A stretch of DNA of 64,000 nt from Gonapodya sp. JEL0774 (lineage: Eukaryota): assembly GCA_027604505.1 (NCBI GenBank), contig JADIIX010000064.1, positions 1 to 64,000 on the forward strand, in the 5' to 3' direction. Position 1 is the stretch's first letter. Each line of letters starts with the position of its first letter. Positions 12,463 through 25,029 of the stretch are shown in pieces. Both the position numbers and the translations under genes were made by a program. Below the pieces are notes generated by a model. The model did no database searches. It was not told the DNA's origin and worked only from the letters and a program-made list of their open reading frames with translations.

Positions 12463-14268
12463 TTACACACTTGTTGGAAAGGGCACCAGACCTTCATCCC
12501 CTGACTTGTCTTCCACTTGGATTGAAGACACGTTGGCAACAGACTCCTCAACCACTGCCCCGGACCTCTCACCATCAGCGACTTTTAGGGTGAGGGTGAC
12601 CAATTAGGGGACAGACAATCAGCACTCTGCAACTTCATATAGATAACACGTACCATCAGCCGCTTGTGGTGCGGATTCCCGTACCGCAACTTCGGCAGCG
12701 TACTTTGCACGACCGATTTCCGATAGTTGCCACATCGTGGGTGGTCGACCTGCCCTCATAGGCCCACCTGCGGAAGCTTCGTTGATGCTGTCGTTATCAA
12801 AAGAGCTGAACGAAAATCGGCTTACCGTTCTCCTTCCATCTACCCTCCATCATTATGAAACTGTCCCCCTTTTTGAGCACCTCAAGCACCCTCGCCCTCC
12901 AAGTCTTCCAATCAATTACATCAGCTACACCCAAATCAACGAGGGCATCCACTATTTGGGGAGCGGAGCTGAACGTTGCGGAGGAGGATGAATCGAAGAC
13001 AGAAGCAATAATGTGGGTGAGTTGATCGTCTGACATATGGTATGGAAGGTAAGCAGTCGGGGACCGACTCGGGACGGTTTGATGGTACGCTGTGAGAATG
13101 TGGTTGATCAACAAGAAAGGGGAGAAGTACTTTAAACTTGACACGATGCTCACTTTCGACATCGTCCTCGAAGGCTCGCGAACGGTTCGGATCCTTCTCC
13201 TGCGCCGATGTTCGACGTGATCTGGTAGGTAAACTGCGTCTACCATGCACGTCACCAACACTCTGTGGGGGCTCTCTTCGACTACTCCCACCAAATTCCT
13301 TGTATTCTTCTCCTGCATCTCGCCGTCTTTTCCTCCCTCCGGAGCCACTGCTGTCGCTCTTCCGCATCCTCGCCCGAGGACTACCTGTCGACAGTCCCTC
13401 ATCCTCTCCGCTCGCATCATGCTCACTTCCAGCCAGCACATCGCCCGTCAGTGACGACAGTTCCGGATCCGCAGAAGCCCCATCACGCAAGTACGATGAG
13501 CCTGCGTCGAACCCAACACTAGGGTCATCATTGTCGTAGTCCAGCAGAGAGTGGGAGGTTTTTGATCGTTTGGATTCAATGTCGGGGTCTGGAAACGTCC
13601 AGCCGACTTGACCGCCTGGTTGAGGAGTATTTTCAGATTCATCTTCTAGCGGTCGAGCTTCGAAAATCAATGTCATTGCACTCACCGATTTCAACGCGAC
13701 GAAATCGATACTGGTTGAGCGCGACGGAAATACTGGCCTGGGGTCAGTGTAGATCAGTTTGACAGTTTTCGATCACCAGAACTTGTTTCGCTCGATTCAA
13801 AGTTTTCGAAATTTCCAATAAGGCGGACCAATATGGGAATTGTTTACGCTCCTCGGGGTAGCGATTCCTACATATTGGATTGAAGCTTTCCGAGTCTTCA
13901 ACTTCCCAAGCCACATGCTGTTTCGGCGCATGAGAAGCAATCCCCCAATATATGTCCCGTATCCTCGTAATTGATTTCTCGCGTGAAGCTCACCCTCGAA
14001 TTTTTCAAATTCTCCACCACCTCTGGCCACCTCTCCGACACACGGCCATGGATTTCGCTGGCAGACATGATGCTTGTCGGGTGTTCATTCATAACTTGTT
14101 CAATGATGGAACGCCAGCTGAGACCTTTGGGCAGGACACGATTTCGTCCGCGGGAGGCGGATTTGTGACCTTCGCCGCAAAAGTTTCAAGTCACTTACAG
14201 CAGGTTCTCGTTTGGACGGCTTAAATAGGCTTACCACGGTGAGAACGAGGTGATTGTGCACTTGTCAT
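12463..14268 (-). CDS. Putative nucleic-acid-binding protein with two winged-helix (forkhead/HARE-HTH-like) domains
   Basis: Manual splicing gives SWRSIIEQVMNEHPTSIMSASEIHGRV...RASISVALNQYRFRRVE...GQVGWTF and a second unit SAPQIVDALVDLG...WKTWRARVLEVLKKGDSF...GRPPTMWQLSEIGR. The start codon is uncertain. Confidence 0.55.
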
Positions 14269-15136
14269 CGTAGTATTGCTCAGTGTTTCTTGGTCTTTTT
14301 CACTGTTGTTATTGTACGCTGGGTTTGCAAACGATAAGTCATTTCACATTCCCCCAACCAAACTACTTGACACGACTTTCGTACCATTGTTTGCGTTGGA
14401 GATGCGACCTTCCACTCCTTTGGTCAACCGAGCTGTTGATGTAAGATCATCATTGTTGAACAGTTTTGTCTGTGGATTTGAAGTCCCAAGACGACTTTTC
14501 GCCTCCAGCTCCGGCTGCACGGCTTCGATTCGTATAGAAAGAAAAGATCCGGGGACCGCTGTTGGCTTGTAAGTCACAGACGGAGTCTGGGAAACGGATA
14601 AGATCCGCGACAAGCTTTAAATATAAAACGGGTCTGATTAGAATTGCTCAAATTGATCCGGACTTAGACAAGCTTGGCGCAATCATCACTGCCACTGAGA
14701 TTTCAAAGGCTTGCTACGAACCAGAGTGGTGTCCTTTTCTGTCTCATTGGTTTTTCTGATTAGAATGGGTTCGGATATTACAATCCCCATGACCAAAGGT
14801 TGGTGGGCTCGAGGGACGATTCGATGATTCAATAAATCTAACTCGTGGCTGCCTCTCAGTCAAAACATTTCCCATATTATTGTCTGAGGGATATTTTGCA
14901 GAATGTAATTTAATACTGCGGATGTTGTATGGGTTGTCTGCCGACGCCGTCTACGCACAGAAATACACAGTTATTACTCTGAATTTGCGAGATAAACAAA
15001 CTCGAATGAAAACTCAAAAATGGAATCATGCGTTTTTCAATTCCGGAAATGTGTGCTGTTTCTTGGTGATGGGGGCGAGCTCCTTATTACTTCGGAACCC
15101 TTGGGAACTCTGACGCGTCTGCAATTCATTTCCACT

Positions 15137-16420
15137 ATGACAAAATCTCCCAGAGCTATCAACCCATCACGTGAACCCCCTTACGCGATCTCCTTCAAGG
15201 ACGTCGCTGATGCTCATGAAAGGATCAAACCGTTCATTCACCGCACCCCAGTCATGACAAGCCAAACTATAGACGCCCTTGCATCGACAAAACTACACAA
15301 CGAGACGGCGCCGGTGACCGAGCGCAGGGTGTTCATTAAGTGCGAGAATTTGCAGAAAATTGGAGCTTTCAAAATTCGTGGAGCGACAAATGCCGTGCTC
15401 ACACTCATCGAGCGGGAGGAGGCAGTAAAAGCGAGAGAGCAAAAGGCAAACGGCACAACAAGAGAAAAGAGTGTCCGGGAACGGGGCGTGGTCACTCACT
15501 CGAGGTTCGTTGGACCCGGGTTCAACCTGGTACAGCGATTAATGAGGTCAATCACAATTGTTCTTCTGTTTTCTTTTTTCCCCCATAAGTGGCAATCATG
15601 GCCAAGCACTCGCCCTTGCTGCACGCGCTGCTGGGATACCCTGCACCGTCGTGGTTCCGAACACCGCACCAGCTCCGAAAGTCGCCGCGATGCGCGATTC
15701 GTACGGTGCCACAATTGTACTGAGTGAAAACAGTCAAGTATCACGCGAAAGGAACTGCCAAGCGGTCGTTGATGCTACCGGAGCCGTGATGGTTCATCCT
15801 TACAATGAACCACTTGTGATGGCCGGACAGGGCACAATGGCAGTCGAACTCATCTCTCAATGTAAAGAGGAGTATGGCGTGGATCTAGATGCCATCGTGG
15901 TTGCTGTCGGCGGCGGAGGTATGCTCTCTGGTTGCACCATGGCTGCGAAGTCGTACGCACCAGGGATCAGGGTTTTTGCCGCTGAGCCCTCTGGAGCAGA
16001 CGACGCGTATCGAAGCATAAAAGGAGAGAAGAAGGTTGGGTTCACGGAGAGCCAGCCTAATACGGTGTCTGATGGTTTGAGAACTGTGGTAGGGCCATTG
16101 CCGTGGGAGATAATCAGTGAACTAGTGGACGATATTTTCACTGTGGACGACGACCAAACCATTAAAACTATGAAAACAGTATTCGAGCGGGTTGGTACAC
16201 ATTCGGCCGAGTTGCCTCTAGTTCCGCCACTTTTTCATCTCATGTTATTATTCCTCCACAGATGAAACTTGTCGTGGAGCCCTCCGCTGTTGTCACGCTC
16301 GCAGTGGTGCTGTATAACGAAGAGTTCCGCATGGCAGCGCGTGGCCTGAGGAATATCGGCGTGGTGTTCGGTGGTGGAAATCTTGACTTAGACTTGCCGC
16401 TGCCGTGGATCAAAACCTGA
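15137..16420 (+). CDS. Serine racemase / Ser-Thr dehydratase family (fold type II PLP enzyme, Sry1-like)
   Basis: IHRTPVMTS, KCENLQKIGAFKIRGA, HSSGNHGQA, HPYNEPLVMAGQGT, VGGGGMLSG, MKLVVEPSA, GGNLD; 2 introns. Confidence 0.92.
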
Positions 16421-16575
16421 CGACCCAACGGAGTATTGGAATATTAGTGCAGCGGGATTGGGACATAGATTAAGACTGATGATGCTTAATGTTATTGAAC
16501 CTGAGTTTGATCGGGCACTGGCGCCACTTCATAGGCCAGTCCACAGCCCTCTCATCAATAAACGAGACGGCAGTG

Positions 16576-17412
16576 ATGCAGGTCACCACAGTATCTACAG
16601 GATATCCGGTAATCAACCCGATGCAGATGCAAATGCCGTTACCGGTGCCCATGAGGCGCTTTTGGGATCGAGATCTGGTCAGTGCGGGCTCTTCGCGACC
16701 ACTTGATCATTGAGTCGACAAATTTTGTTGCCCCAACTAAGTGCTCCTGCACAGAGGACTGTGGAACTTGCTGTGTCGCTGCTCTAGTTCCCTGTCTCAC
16801 ACATGGGCAGATAATGGAGCGGGAAGGCGATAATTGCGCCGGTGCAGGGCTCGTCTACATGATTTTTATGCTGTTTGGCTATAGTAGCTGCATTGCATGC
16901 AATAGGAGAATGATAGTCAGACAACGGCGGGGTATTGAGGTTAGTGCGACAGAAGAAAAGTAGTTTGAGGTCTCTCCAGTAACTTCACGCATCCATTGGT
17001 GGTTGTAGGGCGACGCTTGCACGGACTATTGCACTGTTTGCTTTTGTGAATCTTGCGCGCAGACACAAGAATGGAATGAAGGTGGGATTCACCGGGTCGG
17101 AGTGTCACATTGCTTTAGGATGGTAATCCGTAGTACGAACCTACAGTCACAAAGTATCCCATCGCAATGAATGGCGGTGGAGCTGTTGTCATCATGCAGC
17201 CGCCGCAAACAATGGTATACCAGCAGCCTCCGCCTTTGCCGGGACAACAAATGGACTATGGAAAGTACCCGCCACCACCAGGGTATGCCCCCCAACAGTA
17301 TCAGCAACCTCCAATGCAAAGCTACACCCAGCCCGGGTATCCGTCGTATGCCCCAATGGGGCCAGGATATAATGGGTCGGGGATGCCTGGTTACCCTCCT
17401 CCTCCGGTGTAG
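16576..17412 (+). CDS. PLAC8-family cysteine-rich protein with Pro/Gln/Tyr-rich tail
   Basis: WDRDL|CSCTEDCGTCCVAALVPCLTHGQ, RMIVRQRRGIE|GDACTDYCTVCFCESCAQTQE; tail YPPPPGYAPQQY. Confidence 0.85.
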
Positions 17413-17529
17413 AATAACATTTGCAAGTCTGGAACCAGACCTAAAGCAGTCCAGCCAGCAAAAGGTTTCAGCTTGTTGGGTAGTTCGCAAGATTAATCGC
17501 AGTGCACAGTGCACAGAGCTCTAAAATAA

Positions 17530-20500
17530 ATGCCATATTCGTTGTCTGGTCTGGACATGTCCGGCCCTGGAAACGGAGCTGGACCCGCCGTCGGGCAGCC
17601 ATCGACGCATTATATTCATGGAGGATCGGCGTTCCCTCTGCAACTGGCCCCTCGTGCCCCGGCATCCCCGAATCCGGCTGCAAAAGCTCCGGACCTGACG
17701 AAACCAACACCTCATTCACCGACGCGTGTTTTTCCCACTGCTGGGATGCTCAATCTTCCTCCTGCATCGATGATTGCTGGCACTGGGTCGGGAGAGCCGG
17801 CGAAGAAGCGAGCAAAGTTTCACCCTCGTGGTCACGATATGGAGGTGGAAGTGGAAATCCCGGTCCCGCCTCGACCTCTGAAGAAAATGTTGACTCCCAC
17901 AGACTCTGAGAATTCATCTGCAGGAGCATCGTCGGCGCTCGGGAGGAAGAGTTCTGTGGGTTCTGCGTCGGAACCGCGATCACCTTTGCAATTCGGGAGC
18001 GACGGGAAGGGCAGGGAGACCAGAGGGGAGAAACAGTCGAAGGATAGTGTGAAGATGCATTATGGCTTGACATCTTCTTCCATCCCCTCGGACGACAGTA
18101 GCCGTACTTCATCCACTGTCCAGGAATACAAACGTTCAGTTACCCTCTCTCCTTCGAGGCCTCCTTTGGTTGCGCTCAGCATTGTTCCGTCGAGTGTGCC
18201 TCGCGTTGATGAAAATGCTGTGGGTCTCAAGACCGGTCGAGTGCCTGGGTTGCTGGGTTATCAGAGCGTTTCCAACAAGCGCGGGCGATCGCCAGATTCT
18301 GTCGAAGTTGCGAGTGAACGTGGAACTTCCCACCAAGCCGCACCAGTCGTAATTGAAAGCGTCACTGTACCGCTGGGGATCAACACTGTCACTGAGCGGG
18401 CGGAGTCTGCCCCAGGTACTGATTCATCTGCTCGTGTCACGATGCTGCCTGTCGCTCCCAAAGGCACTGCTTCGGAATCTTTGCCGCGCCAACCGTCGCT
18501 TCCTTTGGCAGCTGCAGAGTCCGTTCTTGCTGGTCGTGAAGAATCTACCCTTCCTCAACAGCACTCCTCCACCGACAAGCCTACCCATGTGCACCACGCT
18601 TCCGGTCCGTCCCTTCCGTCGCATGTTAACATATCTTCAATTCGGCACTCTTCTCAGAATCATGTTAGGCCCACACCCACTTCTGCGGCTGCTCCGGAAA
18701 GGCCCGCTCGACCTCCGGTTCCTGTGCCAGTGTCGCAACCACCATCGCTCCCCTCAATCCCCCCCACGCGCTCATCTGGAACTTTTGCGTCATCTTTACT
18801 TGCTGGTCCCTCTACGCGCGCTTCCGCACGTTCCTCCTCGGTGGCAGCTGGTCGGTTTCCGCCTCTCACAGGCACTGTTCCAGAGCCGGATCTGCGTATT
18901 CCTATTGCGACTGCAGTGTCCAGCCAGCGCACTGTTCTTGCATATGATCCACGGATGCTCTCGCACAGGATCCTTCCCGCTCCTCCAAAGCGGTCGTCTC
19001 CTAATCCTTTTGTTGTGGGTGCAGCGGGTGACAATGTCGACGCCCCACCGAATCTGGGAGACAGTTCGGATGACGAGGATGACGACCATCCTGAACAGCC
19101 TGGACGTATTCAGGCTATCATGGGTTTGCTCGAACGGGAAGGTTTAGCTTCCCAGTGCCTCCCCCTGCCTGTGAGGGAAGTAACGCGCGATGAGCTGGAA
19201 CTGGTACATGGTGGCCAGTACTTGGACATAGTGGATAGAATTAAAGGTACTTGTGATGTACCGTGTGAGGCCCTTTTTGAATTATGGAGCATCATAATTT
19301 CTATGTTAGATCTCGATGTACACGCCCTTCGCCGCCTTCCCAACGATTTGGACTACAACTCCGTTTACTTCTGCGCTGAAACAGCTGTTTGTGCGCGTCT
19401 CTCGTGTGGAGCTGTGGTGGATGTGTGCAAAGCAATCTGCCGCGGTATCGAGGTGCGAAACGGTGTTGCTGTAGTTAGACCCCCGGGACATCACGCCGAG
19501 AAGGACGAAGCCATGTGAGTTTTGAGCCTGTATCTATATTTCAGGTGACCGCCTCAGTTTTTTGGCATTGTTCTTCGTGACAGGGGTTTCTGTATTTACA
19601 ACAATGTTGCCGTAGCCGCAAAAGTTGTGCAAAGAGACTGTGGGGTTTCCCGCGTCATGATCGTGGACTGGGATGTTCATCATGGTAGGTCACAAGTCGG
19701 ATCTGAGCCTACATTCGTTCCCTTAACGACACCAGCATCGACGATCTGGAAGGCAACGGTGTTCAGTCCGCGTTCATATCCGATCCGTCCGTTCTTTACA
19801 TCTCAATTCACCGGCACGAGCATGGTCATTTCTATCCTCCAGGGCAGGAAGGGCATCATAGCATGGTAGGAACTGATGCTGGTCGGGGATTTAACGTTAA
19901 TGTGGATTGGGACGTCAAGGGCATGGGTGACGCTGAGTATCTGTGGGCCTTCGAGAGAGTAGTCATGCCCATTGGAAGAGAGTTTGATCCTGATTTGGTT
20001 ATTGGTGAGTTCAGTTCGCACTAAGGCAATCACCCCGTTCGTGATCCCAATTTCTGCTAGTCTCGGCCGGATTCGATGCTGCTGCGGGTGATCCTCTTGG
20101 AGGTTGCAACGTGACACCAGTCGGCTACGCTCATATGACCCACATGCTGTCGGAACTAGCCGGTGGCAAGGTCGCGGTAATTTTGGAGGTGACTATCAGT
20201 TTCTGAGTGCGAGCCCGTGCCATTCATCTGATGGACTTTCACCGGGTGGGATTTTGTAGGGAGGTTATAATGAGGAATCGATATCTGAGTCGATGGCGGC
20301 TTGCGTCTCAACTCTTCTGGGCCATCCTCCACCTCGATTAGCCGGTCCCGTGATCCCGTGTCACTCCGCCTATGAAACCGTCGAGCGAGTGAGGAAAGTT
20401 CATTCGCACTACTGGGAGAGCCTGATTCCAAGAGAACGGTGGATGGTCGGAGCTCGAGAATCCGATGGAGTAACCGGTGAGACCAGCCCTCGTTTTGGTA

Positions 20501-22706
20501 GCAACCGAGCACTCATCATCAGAAACTCAAAGGACTATACACGGCGCTGAAGAGCTCGATGAGTTTTATGCGACGTGAGTCCAAATCAGACCTAGGTTTA
20601 GTTCACATCTCATGAGTGCCTCTCCTTCCTCCATTTCACATTGCTCAGATGTTGTTGCGCGCCACCGCGAAGAGGTACTCGCGACGCGTTGGAGCCTGTC
20701 CCCTAATTCAGTGCTACCTCTGGAGGATGTTGATGGGTCCGGCGAGGAAGACGCCTTGCCCTTGGATGGTCTTGCTCACGAAATCTCGTTTACTGAGTTT
20801 GATCAGAGTGATTTGGACAGGGACGTAAGGGAGAATGTGTGCGCGCAAATTTTCACTAGTGACCCCGCCCTCAATAACATGAAGAATGGGCCCGTTTGGG
20901 CAGTGTGGCACGAGAGCCCGGTTGTACGGTGGGTGAATCAGATTCGCAATGCTGCGGAGGCGTTGCTGACCACGTTGTGTGATCATCGAGGTAGCGCCTT
21001 CACGCAACTGTATGACAACGATCTCGATCTCAGTCGGTCGTTCATTTTTGACCCAACGATTCCACTCTATGATTATATTTTTAATTGGAAGGGCAATTTT
21101 ATTTACGACGTAAGCGTGGATTGGGACAGCATGGTGGACAAGAAAGTCAGCGCAAGAACCCGGAACGATTACGTGGTGAGGTTGTTTGAATGGTTGTGGA
21201 GAAGCATTCTGTGGTACGTAATCTCATCATTGTGCACTAAGCGTAAGCTGATTGTATTACACTTGACTGAAATCCTCTCTGTAGTGATTCTCCCTCGCTG
21301 ATTCTGATCGCCGCCGGCCGTCTTGCAACTCCCATTGTTCGCTTTATGGCGCGGTTTTACGATCGAATTCCGAACCTTCTCGAGAAGATTGTTGCGATTA
21401 TCCTCATCCTAGACGACTCTCAAAAAGATCCCGAAGACGATTTAGAGGAGTACGCGGACAGGGACGTCGACTTTGGAGCTGATAATATTCGATATGGGCA
21501 TCGCATCGGCGAGCGAGACCGGGACCAGTTTGAGAGCGAGAAACAGCGGAAATTCGATGAATTTTGTGTTTGGTGGAAAGAGGTAGAGTTTCGCCGTCGG
21601 TTTGGATTTTTGATTCCGCTCTTGGTGTCTAAATGAAACCCTGGTGCTCGCAGAACGCTCTCCTCGTTGTTCCTTCCAGCCAACCGCACCGTTCTGCTCT
21701 CCCACCGTCCGCATCTGCCTTCAAGGGTAAACGAATATCATCCGGAATGGAAACGGTGACGGCTGCAGATGTGATGCCCTTCTTTATTCGTCCCATCGTC
21801 CAGCATGGTCTTGCGCGCCTGCCTCAAAGTGGGAAGCTCGGTGTAGCCAAGAAATGGGGGAAGTCTAGGACTCGAGATGTGAACGGCGGGCACGACGTTG
21901 CTTCTGTTTCGGGAAAGCAGAGTTCATTTTCAGTGCAAGACGGGGGTCCGCTGAAAGGCTCGCGAGGAACAGCCACGGAGCAACGTGCAACTCACATGAC
22001 GGCGTCCCACGGAAAACTGGATGTCTCTGCATCGCAGCCAGCAGCTGGCGATCACCATTCTACCGATGACGAGGAATCATTCTTCCCCGCGGAGGAGAAT
22101 CTATCACACGAAATCAATGGTTTAGTTGGTGGGACTCTTGCGGATGCACGGGGACTTGCCAGTTTCGGTGCCAACTCAATGAATCCTGCCGGCAAGGCTT
22201 CGGCTGTTCCACCAAGCCGCAGACTTGATCAAGATGATAGATCCATTCATCCCTCAACTCCACCAGTCGATGCCTCGTCAGATCGATTGACTTCGCCAGT
22301 GCATCCACATCATGGCAATGATCCACTTCGCCTTGCGGCAAAGTTTGGTGCTGATTTGGACCCTATAATGCTCATTGGGCCCTACGACAACGGGGAGCCT
22401 ACACGAACTTTGGCAAGTGTTCCTTTAAACCAATTAAAGGACGGTTCAAAGTCGAATGGGATGGCTAGTGAGGCGGGAGCAGTAGCCCATGTCGATTCAG
22501 ACGTAGCACACCATGTTTTGAGTTCGATGGTAAATGGTTCACACACGGTAAATCGTGTCCCTCCCTCCAGTGCATGCAGCGCTGATGATGGAGAAGTGGA
22601 TGGTGTAGGGTCTGAGGCGCCACAAACGTTGGAGGCAGTGGTTGACGTTGACGTGGACGTAGATGGCTTGCAAGATGGTTTTCTCGATTTAGAGGGGGGA
22701 TTTTGA
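17530..22706 (+). CDS. Class II histone deacetylase (Hda1/Clr3-like) with probable Arb2 domain and long disordered termini
   Basis: [55 protein letters not shown]. Arb2-like segment at about 20870-21350. Confidence 0.92.
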
Positions 22707-22798
22707 TTACTTCATGTGCTGTGTTCGGTCTATTGTGATTACGATTTATACCGCGGGTCTAGTACATTTTTTGCCGCGTAGGAGATGAACATTGTTTG

Positions 22799-24713
22799 CT
22801 ATGACCAGTTCTGTGTGTAAGTTTTCGACTCATCAAAGATCAGTTCTGGATCGGGTTGGAGCAACCGTCGTCACTCAACCGCTTTCCAGAGGACGATCTA
22901 AACACACCACCCACCGCGCAATCTCTCCTCTGACACCTCTCCAGCCGTCTCTGCTTCCATTTCCCACTTCCAGTCCATGAAAAATGGAGCCGCGGGCTAT
23001 GATACGAAAGAGTATGCGTAGGTCAATATGGGGGCCGCGAAAACCCGAGGAGCCAGCCGTTTTTGCGCACCTCATCCTCTTCAACGTGTAAAGCTGCAAA
23101 GTAAGGATGTCTCAGTGCTTCGGTAGCGGTGAGGCGCTCGGATTGATGGAAAAGGAGTATTTTGTCGAGCAAGTCCGTTACTAACCAAAACAACGCGCTC
23201 GTGAGGGACAACGTACAAAGTAGCCTCAGATCATTTCAGTACTTACGAAGAGCACCGCTAAACTTGGGCAACACCACTACGGGCCCTCGCCTCGGCTTTG
23301 CGGGGATGCTGTGGCGTCCTCTCACTCCAACAAACGAAACCGTGGTAGCATGTGGGAAGCCCGTAACGTCAGTTATAAGGTCTAGCTGATTGAATGCTGA
23401 TCAACGATGTCGAGGGTCAGAATAACACAAGACGTGAAGTTGTCTACCAATATCGTTTTTTGTTTTGATCAAGCACACCCACCATCACAACCCATAAATA
23501 CGGGCTTTCCGGCAATCATTTCAGCGATTACACATCCTGCACTCCACATATCCGACGCAGCGGTGTAAGTGTAACACCCATTGCCTGTCGGATCGCAGAA
23601 AACCTCGGGAGCTCTGTACCAGCGCGTTGCTACGTAGTCAGACAGTGGGAAGGTCGGCCCGCTTGTTGAGGGAGACTGCTCCAGCGACGACATTGGCATT
23701 GGACGTCTAAGCGAGCGAGCAAGGCCCAGATCACATATTCGAAGATCGCAGGTTGAGTTGAGAAGGAGGTTGGCTGGGCATGGTGTGCGGATGAGCCAGG
23801 ACAGGGTCAAACTCAAAGAAAGCATCCAACATAGTACCTGGTTTGATATCCCTATGCACTACACCTGCCCCGTGTATCCACTTTAAACCCCTGAGCATCT
23901 GGTACGCCATCCACTTGCACTGGTCTTCCGAGAGCCGTTGCCCGGATCGCAGCACCGCGGACAGGTCAGTGTCCATGAGGTCGGCGACCATGTACACGTC
24001 GGAAAAATAGGGCACGGCAGAAGGTGGTGGTGGTGGTAAGCGAGAGTTTGTTTGCGGGGGTGCTCGAGTGCGAACGTAGAGATCACGAAGTGTCACTATC
24101 TGGCGGGATTGAAAAGGCACCCCGAAAAACACAACCTTCTTCAATTTGAGATCCGGTGAGTTTCTATGGCTCTGGAGCTTACGTTTTCGTGACCGCGTAG
24201 CCATTTGAGGATTTTTATCTCCCGCGCCACGCGAATTCCCGCCCATGTACCCCCAGGTGCTTGTTTCCCGATGACCACTTTCTTGACAGCAACCCGAGCG
24301 AGAGGCACTTGCACGCCGTGTAGTCCCATGTCCTCTGCTGCACAGACGAGCCCGAACGAACCTGATCCGAGTGGATGAAGGAGTCGGTACCGTTGGGGTA
24401 GGTCAAAACGGGTGTTGCAAGTAAGGTATGAGGAGTACTTGGGTTTGTAGCTTGACCCAGAAGGGGGGGGAGGAACGGAATGTATGTTCGAGGGGCCGTT
24501 CGGTGGAAGTTCGTTGGGAGGCAGGGGGAACCGGCCAGAAGAAAGCTGCTGGGGGATTCTCTTCAATTCATCTTGCATGAATGCAAGTGGAGTCTGTGAA
24601 CCATCGCCCACGAGCGTGGTCGAAGACGACATTTGTCGCGGGAACGAGGACGCGTTCGCGACCGGCGTCTGGCGTGGTCTGGACGGTGGCGGCAACTGCC
24701 TTGGGTACGGCAT
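22799..24713 (-). CDS. MAP kinase family protein, atypical activation loop (SDY)
   Basis: GSGSFGLV, VAVKK, REIKILK, HRDIKPANLL, DLGLAR, SDYVATRWYRAPE, EALRHPYF...EDEP, LRELIFDE C-terminus. Confidence 0.9.
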
Positions 24714-25029
24714 GGACGCGGACAAAACCAAAAAGCTTTTATGCGCACGATGGACCTTGTGCGCGAAGTGGGATTCTTCCCTGCCATCCTTCTTCGGAAG
24801 GATGAGTCCCAACCCTGTAACCCTGTGATCTTCGCCACCAACACCTCATCACACTTCACCAACTATCGAATATCTGAATATTTATAGGCAGGCATCGCCT
24901 TGCAGCACTGAAGTTGGCTGGACGAAGAAATCTTGATTAATACAGGATTCTTTACTTAAGTGAGCCGCAATACACAACAGCAACTCTACATATCCAGCAT
25001 CACATCAACCCCAAACTCAACAACACATT

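Noticed and set aside
14344..14613. In-frame TGA between ORF 14344-14613 and the wHTH gene (selenocysteine or readthrough?)
   Set aside because: There is no redox motif or recognisable SECIS, and a suitable ATG lies downstream at 14268.
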